Assembly (NCBI RefSeq): GCF_018350175.1
Contig: NC_058368.1
Coordinates: 191,086,001-191,150,000, forward strand
DNA: 64,000 nucleotides
From: Felis catus
Taxonomy: Eukaryota
Reading direction: 5' to 3'
The notes beneath the pieces were generated by a model. That model was not told the origin of the DNA. It did no database searches and saw only the letters and a program-made list of their open reading frames with translations. Positions 51,891 to 62,414 of the stretch are shown one piece after another. Position numbers and translations under genes: made by a program. Position 1 is the first letter of the stretch. Every line of letters begins with the position of its first letter.

Positions 51891-53538
51891 AATAAAAGCC
51901 TATTTGGGGAAGGGCTTAACCAAACACCAAGATGGCGACCCAAGAGGCTCCTGACTTTCCCTTCTCCTAAGGTAACATCAAAATTACAGCTGCACATGGC
52001 AAAAAATTTTCTCTGAGAGAATTCCAGAAACTGGCTGAGTGACTCCTACACATCAGGCAAACGTGAAAATACCTCTATCAAAATGGGTAAGGAAGGCTGA
52101 GGCACACTCTTGCCATAAACCCAACTCATGGCATAGCACCATACAATTAGGAGGCAATATCCAACTCCCAGCTTCTCTTTGGCGAGTTAAAGGTTTGGAT
52201 TGCATACCTAGAACCCCAACATTTAAGGCTCCCACCCAAGGGATAGGCCCCCAAAACACCTAACTTTGAAAAACAATACAGTTTGCATTCACAAGTCAGT
52301 CCATCAGGACTCTAGCCAACAAAAAAGGACTATTAGCAGGAATGCACGAGCTCTTGCCCCGGCTATCCCCACAGGGCTCAGGGCATAAGGAATAGGCATA
52401 AGCATTCATCTCCCAACCTTTCCCTGAATGAAGTTTGAGTTTCTGATTTACAAGCTGCTGCCTGAGGATCCAGCTCCTAATTGGAACACATCTAGATGCC
52501 ACAATGGGATCCTCCTTGGAGTCCAAAAGAGCCAGGAGGCACTTCCCATGACTTTAACCTCTAACTCACCTCATAAATAAAACCAATCACAGAGGTCTCC
52601 ATGTAAAATAATGGTCATAAAGGTGCTTGCCAAGGTCAGGAAGACAATGCATAAACAAAGTGAGAATTTCAACAAAGAGAAAATATGAGAAACTATCAAA
52701 CAGAAATAAAACTGAAGAATATAATAACTAAACTGAAAACTTCACAAGCTGGTAGGGAGGTTTCAATAACAGCCTAGATCAAGTAAAAGAAAGGATCAGT
52801 AAAATTAAAGACAGGGCAATGGAAGTATTCCAATCAGAGGAACAAAATGAAAAAATAATAATAATAAAATAAAAGGAGTAAATACAGCTTAAGAGACCTA
52901 TAAGATACCACCCTATAGACCAGTATGTGCATTACAGGGGTCCCAGAAGGAGAAGATAAAGGAATAGAAAACTAATCCAAAGAAAATGGGTGAACATTTT
53001 ACCAATTTAGGGAAAGAAAAAGATATCCAGATCCAGAAAGTACAGAAATTTAAAAAAAAAAAAAAAGATAAATCCAAAGAGATCCATCCTGAACACATTA
53101 TACTTAAATTGCCAAAAGTTAAAGACAAGGAGAGAATCTTAAAAGAAGTAACTAGAGCCAGAAGGGAGTGGCATGACACATTCAAAGTCCTGAAAGAAAA
53201 AGACTGCCAACCAAGCTACTCTCCCAATACACTGCCAACAAAGTTGCCCTTCAGAATTCAAAGAGATATAGTTTTCCAGACAAGCAAAAGCTGAAGGACC
53301 CCGTTACTACTAGACCAGCTTTACACAAAATGTTAACAGAGGGCTAAAATACAGGCTGCTAATTACTAACAGGAAAAAAGGAAATTATAAAACTTGCTAG
53401 TAAACATACAGTTAAAATCAGAATATATTGTAATTCTGACACGTTAACCAAGTAAATGGTGAAAAGTAAAGTATAACACCAGTATAAAGATCAAAAGAGA
53501 AAAAATATTAAAAAACAACCATAACTAAAATAATTTGT

Positions 53539-53752
53539 AGGAATGCCTGGGTAGCTCAGTCACTTAAGCACTCTACTCTTGATTTCAGCTCAGGTCATGA
53601 TTTCACAGTCATGAGATCAAACCCTGCATCAGGCTCAACACTGGGCACGGAGCCTGCTTCAGATTCTTTCTCTCCCTCTCCCACAGTTCCACCCCTGCTT
53701 GCACACACACTCTCTTTATGAAAATAATAAATAAGAAATAAATAAAATTTAA
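53539..53752 (+). mobile_element. CAN-SINE in L1 inter-ORF region
   Basis: GCCTGGGTAGCTCAGTC head. Degenerate TSD CATAACTA..(A/G)TAAT(T/C)TGT. Confidence 0.9.
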
Positions 53753-54384
53753 AAGCATAACTACAGTAATCTGTTAGATACACAATACCAAAATGTAAAA
53801 TTTAATTGTGACATCAAAAACAAAATGTCGGGAAGGAGTGTAACAGTGTAGAGCTTCTGTATGCATACAGAGTTAAGTTTTTCTCAGGTTAGAAGAAACC
53901 ATTATAAGATATTTTACATAACTTGGTAACTACAAGGCAAAAACCTATAGCAAACACATACCATATGATAACAAGGAAAGGAATCAAGACACAACACTAC
54001 ATAAAAATCATCAAAAATACAGGAAGACACCAAGAAAGGAATAAAGAAACAATAGAACTACGAAAACAAAAACAAAAAACAGACAATAATTAACAGAATG
54101 GTAATTGTAAGTCCATACTTATCAATAATTACTGTAAATGTAAACGGAAGAAACCCTCCAAGAGAAGTCACAGAGTGGCTGAATGGATAATAACACAAGA
54201 TCCAACCATACACTGTCTACAAGACACTTGCTTCAGCTTTAAGGACATACACAGACAAAATGAAGACAAGGAAAAAGATATTCCACACAAATGGAAACCA
54301 AAAGAAAACAGGGGTCACAATATTTGCATCAAACAATATAGGCTTTATACCAAAAACTGTAATAAGAGGCAGAGATGATCATTT

Positions 54385-54603
54385 AAAATTTTTTTTAATG
54401 TTTTATTTATTTTTGAGATGGAGAGAGACAAGAGCATGAGCAGGGGAGGGGCAGAGAGAGAGAGGGAGACACAGAATCTGAAGCAGGCTCCAGGCTCTGA
54501 GCTGTCAGCACAGAGCATGACACGGGGCTCGAACTCACAAACCACGAGATCATGACCTAAGCCAAAGTTGGACGCTTAACTGACTGAGCCACCAGGCGCC
54601 CCA
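54385..54603 (-). mobile_element. CAN-SINE in L1 ORF2
   Basis: Full body. TSD AGAGATGATCATTT on both sides. Confidence 0.93.
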
Positions 54604-55998
54604 AGAGATGATCATTTTATAATGATAAAAGGGCCCATTAATCAATAAGATCTAGCAACTGCAAATATTTATGCACCCAACACTGAGCACCTAAATATAT
54701 ACAGCACATATTAACAGATCTGATGGGAGAAGTAAATAGCAATACAGTAATAGCAGGGAACTTATACATAACTCCCAACAATGGATAGATTATGTCTTCA
54801 GAAATGTAAGGAAACACCGGACTTCAACTATACCTTAGACTAAATGGGCCCAACAGACATATAGGGAAAATTCCACCTAACAGTAGCATAATGTACATTC
54901 TTCTCAGGTACAATGGAACATCTCCCAGAGAGATCATGTTAGGCAAAAAAAAGCAAGCATTAATGAATTCAAGAAGATTAAAATCATATCAAGGATTTTT
55001 TTTCTGATCACAAATGTATGAAAGTAGAAATAAATGACAAGAACAAAACTGAAAAATTCACAAATGTGTGGAGATTAAACAACATTCTCTTGAACAATCA
55101 ATGGTCAATGAGGAAATCAAATGAGAGATCAAAACAATTTGATTTTTTTGATTTGATTTCAAAAACAAATAAGACAAATGAAAATGAAAACACAATATAC
55201 CAAAACTTATGTGATACAGCAAAAGCCATCCTAAGAGAGAAATTTGGAGAGATAAATGGTTAATTATGAGGAAAAAATATCTCAAATGAACAACCTAACT
55301 TTGTACCTAACATACTAGAAAAACAAGAGCAAACTAAGCCCAAAATTAGTAGGAAAAAAAAGGAAGTGGAGGATAGAAATCATTGAAACATAGACAAAAC
55401 AAAAAGGTAATAGAAAAGATCAGTGAAACTAAAAGCTATTTTTCTTTAAAAATAAACAAAATAGACAAACTTCAGCTAGATTTACCAAGAAGAGAGAGTG
55501 CTCAAAATCAGAAATAAAAGAGGAGACTTTATAACTGATGCTACAGAAATACAAAGGATCATTAAGGGATACTATGAATAACTTTAAGGCCAATTAACTG
55601 GACAACCTAGAATAAATGGGGAAAAATATTAGAAATATACAACCTACCAAAACTGAGTCATGAATAAACAGAAAATCTGATAGGCTGATCACTAGTAAAG
55701 ACATTAAGTAAGTATTCAAAACCTCCCAACAAACAAAAGTCCAGGGCCAGATGGTTTCACTGATGAGTTTTGCCAAACATTTAAAGAAAAATTAATACCA
55801 AACCTCTCAACCTTTTCCAAAAAACAGAAGAGGAGGAACACTTCCAAACATATTTTTCTGAGGCGAGCATTACCCTGATACCAAAACCAGACAAGGATAC
55901 AATAAGATTAGAGGCCAATATCCCTATTGAACATAGATGCAAAAATATTCAACAAAATTAAGAAACAAAATTCAACAACACATTAAAAGAATCACACT

Positions 55999-56240
55999 GG
56001 AGCACTGGGTGGCTCAGTTGGCTAAGCATCCGACTTCAGCTCAGATCATGATCTCACAGTTCATGGGTTCCAGCCCCGCATCAGGTTCTGTGCTGACAGC
56101 TCAGATCCTGAAGCCTGCTTTGGATTCTCTGTCTCCCTCTCTCTCTGCCCCTACCCTGCTCATTCTCTCTCCCTCCCTCCCTCCCTCCCTTCCTCTCTCT
56201 CCCCCCCCACTCAAAAATAAAAATAAGCATTAAAAAAATT
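55999..56240 (+). mobile_element. CAN-SINE in L1 ORF2, no TSD
   Basis: CTGGGTGGCTCAGTTGG head, CT tract, A-tail. The host L1 sequence is discontinuous across it. Confidence 0.9.
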
Positions 56241-57274
56241 AAAAACAAGGGTTTTTTTCTTAACAAAACAAGGGTTAAAATCATATCATCTCAATACATT
56301 TAGAAAAAGCATTTAACAAAATTCAATAACCATTTATGATAAAAATGCTCAACTAAGTGGGCATAGAGGGAATGTACACCAACATATTAAAGTCCATATA
56401 TCACTAGCCCACAGCTAATATCCTTCTTAATGGTGAAAAGCTGAAAGCTTTTATTTTAAGGTCAGGAACAAGACAAGGATGTCCATTCTTACTACTTATA
56501 TTCAACATTGCAATGGAAGTTATAGCCAGAGCTTTTCAGCAGGAAAAATTAAAGAAACGTATCATATCAGAATAGGAGTAAAATTGTCACTATTTGCCAA
56601 AGATAAAATATTACACATAAAAAAACCCTCAGACTCCACCAACATAACTATTAGAACTAATAAACAAATTCAGTAAAGTTATAGGATATGAAATCAATGT
56701 ACAAAACTGAGTTCTATTTTCATATACTAATAATGAATTATCAGAAAGAGAAATTAAGCAAATAATCTAATTTACATCAAAAAGAATAAAATGCCTAGGA
56801 ATAAATTTAACCAAAGAGGCAAAAGTCTTATACACCAAAAGCTGTAACACACTGATAAAAGAAATCAAAGATGACACAAATAAATGGAAAGATATTCTGT
56901 ATGCAAGGTCTGGAAGAATATTGTTAAGATGTCCATACTACTCAAAGTAATATGCAGATTCATGCACTCTGTACCAAAATTCTAATGTTATTCTTCATAG
57001 AAACAGGAAAAACAATCCTAAAATTTGTATGGAGCCACACCTTAAAAAGCCAAAGCAATCTTGAGAAAAAAGAACAAAGCTGAAGGCATCACGCTACCTA
57101 ATTTCAACGTATATTATGAAACTATAGTTATCAAAACAGTATGGTATCGGCATAAAAACAGATTCATAGTTGAATCGAACAGGAAAAGAGCGCAGAATTA
57201 AACCTATGCATATATGGTCAATAAAGTCAACACACAGGAGCCAAGAATATGCAAAGAGAAAGGATAACCTTTTC

Positions 57275-57490
57275 TTATTTTTTTTTTCAACGTTTATTTA
57301 TTTTGGGGACAGAGAGAGACAGAGCATGAACGGGGGAGGGGCAGAGAGAGAGGGAGACACAGAATCGGAAACAGGCTCCAGGCTCTGAGCCATCAGCCCA
57401 GAGCCTGACGCAGGGCTCGAACTCCTGGACCGCGAGATCGTGACCTGGCTGAAGTCGGACGCTTAACTGACTGCGCCACCCAGGCGCCCC
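57275..57490 (-). mobile_element. Young feliform CAN-SINE in L1 ORF2
   Basis: CpG-rich. Perfect 15-bp TSD AAGGATAACCTTTTC (57260-57274 / 57491-57505). Confidence 0.95.
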
Positions 57491-58094
57491 AAGGATAACC
57501 TTTTCAATAAATGGTGCTGGGAAAATGGATAGTCACAGTAAAAAAAAAAATTAAATTTGACCCCTACCTTACTCCAAATAAGTCAACTTGAAATACAGTA
57601 AAAATTTTAAATATAAGACCAGAAGCCACAAAATTCCTAGGGGAAAAAAAATATGGGGTAAGCTCTGTGACATTAGTCTTAATGAAGATTTGCTTAAATT
57701 TTATACCAAAAGCAATGGCAAAAAAAAGAAAAAAATTAAAAAGAAGGACTATACCAAACTAAGAACCTTTACTGCAGCAAAGGAAATCATCAACAAAAGG
57801 CAATTTATGGAATGAGAGAAAATATTTGCGACCCACTTTTCCAATAAGGAGCTAATACCTAAAACATATCAGAAACTCATACAACTCAATCACACAAAAA
57901 CAAACCAATTAGAAAATGAACAAAAGATCTGAATAGATATTTTTTTCAAAGAAGACACAAAAAATGGCCAACAGGTACATGAAAAGATGCTCAATCAACA
58001 TCATCAATCATTAGGGAAATGAAAACCAAAACCACAATGAGATATTACCTCATACCTGTTAAGATGGCTTTGATCAAAAAGTCAAGAAATAACA

Positions 58095-58825
58095 GATATT
58101 GGCAAGGATGTAGAAAAGGGGGAACAAATCTTCACTTTTGGTGGGAATGCGAACTGGTGCAGCCACTCTGGAAAACAGTGTGGAGTTTCCTCAAAAAATT
58201 AAAAACACAGCTATTTTTATGACCCAGCAATTGCATTACTAGGAATTTATCCAAAGGATACTAAAATGCTGATTCAAAGGAGCACATGCCCCCACAAAGC
58301 TTACAGCAGCGTTATCAACAATAGCCAAATTATAGAAAGAGCCCAAATGTCCACTGACTGATGAATGGATATGGAAGATGTGGTATATATATATATATAT
58401 ATATACAATGGTATATTACTCAGAGATCAAAAAGAATGAAATGTTGCCATATACCAAAATGTGGAAAGAACTGGAGTGTATTATGCTAAGCGAAAGAAGT
58501 CAGGCAGAGAAAGATAAATATATGATTTCACTCATATGTGGTATTTCAGAAACATAACAGATGATCATAGGGAAAGGGAAGGAAAAATTAGAAAAACAGA
58601 GAGGAAGGCAAACCATAATAGACTCTTAAATAGAACAAACTGACAGTGGCTGTAGGGGAGGTGGGTGGGGAGATAGGCTAAATGTGGGATGGGCACTAAG
58701 GAGGACACTTGCTGGGATGAGCACAGGGTGTTATATTTAAGAGATGAATCACTAAATTCTACTCCTGAAACCATTATTACACTACATGTTAACTAACTTG
58801 AATTTAAATTAAAAAAAAAAAAAAA
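58095..58825 (+). mobile_element. Younger carnivore L1 3' fragment nested in the older L1
   Basis: Carnivore-type 'actggtgcagccactctggaaaacag' and 3' UTR 'gggatgagcacagggtg...ctcctgaaacc...gaatttaaatt(A)n', the same family as 7568, 22220 and 25883. Confidence 0.85.
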
Positions 58826-58835
58826 AGACAATATG

Positions 58836-59047
58836 AGGTGCCTGAGTGGCTCAGTTGGTTAAGCATCCGACTTGGGCTCAGGTCATAATCTCACAGTTTG
58901 TGAGTTCGAGCCCCACGTCAGGCTCTGTGCTGACAGCTCAGAGCCTGGAACCTGCTTCGGATTCTGTGTCTCCCTCTCTCTCTGCCTTTCCCCCATTTGT
59001 GCTCTCTCTTTCTCAAAAATAAATAAAATGTAAAAGAAAAAAAAAAT
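58836..59047 (+). mobile_element. CAN-SINE just after the nested L1 poly-A
   Basis: GGTGCCTGAGTGGCTCAG head, GTTCGAGCCCC. Flanking repeat AAAAGACAA. Confidence 0.92.
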
Positions 59048-59340
59048 AAAAGACAAGAAATAACAAATGCCAGTGAAGATGTGCAGAAAAGGGAACGCTT
59101 ATACACTGTTGGTGGGAATGTAAACTGGTACAGCACTAGGAAATATGGAGGTTGCTCAAAAAATCAAAAATAGAACTACCCTGTGCTCTAGCAGTTCCAC
59201 TTCTGGGTATCTATATTCCAAGAAAAAAAGAAAAAATGCTATCTGAAAGAGAAGTCCATACTCTCGCATTCATCATTATTCGCAATAGCCAACATATGGA
59301 AAAACTAAGTGTTGACAGTTGAATAACAAGAAAATGTGGG

Positions 59341-59342
<2 letters not shown>

Positions 59343-59416
<74 letters not shown>
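59343..59416. repeat. Compound (TC)n(AC)n microsatellite within L1 3' region
   Basis: Perfect adjacent runs. Confidence 0.95.
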
Positions 59417-59419
<3 letters not shown>

Positions 59420-60483
59420 TATTATTCAACATTAAAAAAGAAGAAAACCCTGCCATTTGTGAGAACACAGATGGACCTGCAGGGAATTATGCTAAGTGAA
59501 ATAACCCAGGGAAAAACAAATACAGTGTGGCATAATTTATATGTGGAATCTAAAAAAAATAAAAATAAAATTTGCATTCATAGAAACAGAATAATTGTCA
59601 CCTAGGATGGGCAGGCAGGGGGACACAGAGAGGCTGGTCAAAGGATATAAATTTTCAATTTTACGTGAATACGGTCTGAGGGTCTAATGTAAAACCTGGT
59701 GAATGCAGTTAATAACACTGTGAAGTACAACCAGAATTTGCTAAGGGAGTAGAAAATAAATGTTGTCACACACACCAAAGAGGTAAATATGTGAGGAGAT
59801 GAAAATGTCAATTAACTCAATGTTGGGGATCCTTTCACAATGTATATATGTATTAAATCATCACTTTGTATTCTAAATATATCACAATTTCATTTGCCAA
59901 TTTTAACTCGATAAAGCTGAAAAAATAGTAAAATCAATACGTGACACAATGTCCCCCCAAAAGCACTCTCGATTAATCAGATTAAGTATAAAAGATGAAA
60001 CTTCTTAGTTGTTCAGATCAGAGGATGAGGCTCCTTCTCTGTGGGTGGCTGATTTGTTTTCCTGTGAAGGGAGTAGACATTCTGGTATACCTTTGGTCAA
60101 AAGAAGATTCTGTGACAAGACTTGGAAATTAAGCCTTAAATTGGTGGTCAAGCGGACCCCCTACACTCTCTCTGAGATGCTACTATGACCAGCCTGTAAG
60201 GTGGTCAGACATATCAGGACGTGTTGCGTGAGCAGGAGGAATGTGTTCTTTGCCAGAGCCACGGGGGAGCCGCACATCCTGTAGAGATGACTAAATGAAG
60301 ACATATCTACTACCTTGTGAGCCAGGTTACCTATTTTCACAAAATAACAAAGAATGCTGGAAAAGAGAAATAAATGTAGCTTGAATGCTCAAAATAAGCT
60401 ATGCCACAGGGGTATCAGGGAGGAACCATGTGCTCCTGAATGGCTAGACTACTGAGATTTGGTGACTCAGACAGCCGTTAAAC

Positions 60484-60557
60484 AAGAAAAAGAAGAGGAA
60501 GAGAAAGAAGAGGAAAAGGAGGAGGAAGAAGCGGAAGAAGAAAAGGAAGAAGAAGAA
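60484..60557. repeat. Imperfect (GAA/GAG)n purine triplet tract
   Basis: aagaaaaagaagaggaagagaaagaagaggaaaaggaggaggaagaagcggaagaag... Confidence 0.85.
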
Positions 60558-60662
60558 TCATGAAGCATAAAACTCTAGGTGCCCTTCTCCATGAATATGC
60601 TTGAAGAATTAGGCTTCCATTATATTGAGAACAAATTCATTGTGTTGTTAGATTGTGTGAGA

Positions 60663-61153
60663 CAGGTATCAGCAAACTACTACCTAAGAGCTAATAATAC
60701 ATTTTACATTTCTAAATGGTTAAAGAAATAAAGAATATTTAATGACATGTTAAAGTTACAGGAAATTAAAATTTCAGTATCTGTAAATCACCGTTTATTG
60801 GAATACAGCCCTGGTCGTTAATTTACATATAGTTTATTGTTACTTTTACAATGACAGCGTAGTTGCAACAGAGGCCACATAACCACAAAGCCTAAAATAC
60901 ACACCGTGGAGCCTGGGTGGCTCAGTCAGTTAAGCATCCCACTCTTGGTTTCAGCTCAGGTCACGGTCTCCCAGTTCGTGAGTTTGAGCCCCACATCAGG
61001 CTCTGTGCTGACAGCACGGAGCCTACTTGGGATTCTCTGTCTCCCTCTCTCTCTGCCCTTTCCTTGCTCATGCTCTCTCTCTCTCGAAAGTAAATAAATA
61101 TTAAAATATATATACACACTCTTGGGCCTATTATAGAAAAAATCATCAATCCC
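60663..61153. mobile_element. MER58B-like hAT MITE interrupted by a SINE
   Basis: 'caggtatcagcaaactac', 'ttattggaatacagcc', 'gtagttgcaacagag..cacaaagcctaaaata', end 'atagaaaaaatcatcaatccct'. Confidence 0.75.
60907..61108 (+). mobile_element. CAN-SINE
   Basis: GCCTGGGTGGCTCAGTCAGTTAAGC head, CT tract, AATAAA tail. Flanking repeat ATACACAC. Confidence 0.92.
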
Positions 61154-62414
61154 TATTAACACAGATAACCAATAGAGCTCTTTAAGGATTATTATTAGAA
61201 TTGTCTGATTGATCATGCTAAAATTTCACAGATATATCACCTCTAGGGCATCTGTCAAGTATCCAAATACATCACCATCAGATTATGAGATCTCTCCTTT
61301 TTAGAGAAATTTCCTCAAAGTGATCAAATATAGGCCCTGTCTCCTTTATGTTCACCTTTCTTGTAGACTAATAACCCGCTGAAAAAGGATATGTGGAGGC
61401 AGCTGTTTTTTGTTTTTTGGTTTTTTTCTATCTTGGATCCTTAGAAGTCACTTTCTACAATTTATGTAATCTGACAACCTCCTCCATCATGATTCACTTT
61501 TAAATTGTATTAAAGCATATCATTTTGTTTATTTTTACAGTTTTCTGAAGGAGAGACAGATGGAACTTAAACAGGGAATCCCAAAACCCTCTGTTGGCTG
61601 TTGGTTGCCAGCCAGGCTCTCCTGCAGCTGAGCTGTGAAAGTGATTGGCTGGTTCCCACTGAGCCCCAAGACCCATTGGTTGCTTCCCACTGAGCTGTGA
61701 TCCTGATTGACAGCTTCACAATCTCACTCCCTGGGCTTTGTCTGTTATTTCTTGCCTTTAGCAGTGCACCTGCATAGCTGCTAAGAGTGGAAATGAGAGT
61801 CATGAGCCACATCTCAAAGTTTTGTGTCCTTTGTGTTCTCTCAAGGAAATAGGTGGGAGGAGGAAGGGAACTCTAGCAATAAAAAAAGGAGAGAACTACA
61901 TATGCAAAACAAATTATTGGGTATATGAAATTAATATCCTATAAACTTTGGGTTTTAGACTCAATCTAATAACATATTTAACATATTTTGAACCGTAATT
62001 TAAGAGTCTTGGGAAGATGTCGTCCTAGACTTTAGATACATACATTCCAGAAACTGCAAATATGTATTCATATTATAAATCAATAAACTGTCACCTTTAT
62101 TAATTTACCTTTTGTTATTTTGATGTGATGAAATCCATCCCTCAGTGCTTAATCCCCCAGCAGTAGATTAACTGATAAGAATCTAGAATCTGGACTCCAA
62201 ACTGGGATTATACCTTGATGTCTTCAAGATCCCCACTTTGAGATCTTGATTTCAGGAGCCTGATAATCTTTTCTTTTGTCATCTCTACAAAGCATAGTTT
62301 CAATTACTGTAATAGGAATCAGGTGATTCTGAATTATCATCCTAACCATCATCTTCTCTGTACTATTCTATAAAACCAAGATCCTACCACATAGCTCCCA
62401 TCTTCTAAATAAAA

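Larger units (their letters stand above)
51908..59925 (+). mobile_element. Near-full-length decayed L1 (L1MA-type 3' end): 5' UTR, ORF1 remnant (~52600-53400), ORF2 remnant (~54097-59300), 3' UTR. Hosts 5 SINEs and one younger L1
   Basis: 5' YY1 motif CAAGATGGCG (~51928). ORF1-like 'HIILKLPKVKDKERILK...ARREWHDTFKVLKEK'. Endonuclease-like 'AEWI..QDPTIHCLQDT'. Also 'WRLNNILLNNQW' and 'TTMRYYL.PVKMALIKK'. 3' end 'ataaagctgaaaaaa'. Multiple stops and frameshifts. Confidence 0.92.

Noticed and set aside
52986..58222. ORF fragments with L1 ORF1/ORF2 similarity as an active or domesticated gene
   Set aside because: Heavily interrupted by stops, frameshifts, deletions and SINEs.
60484..60557. Poly-Glu-like coding stretch
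   Set aside because: Simple GAA/GAG repeat with no surrounding ORF or splice sites.
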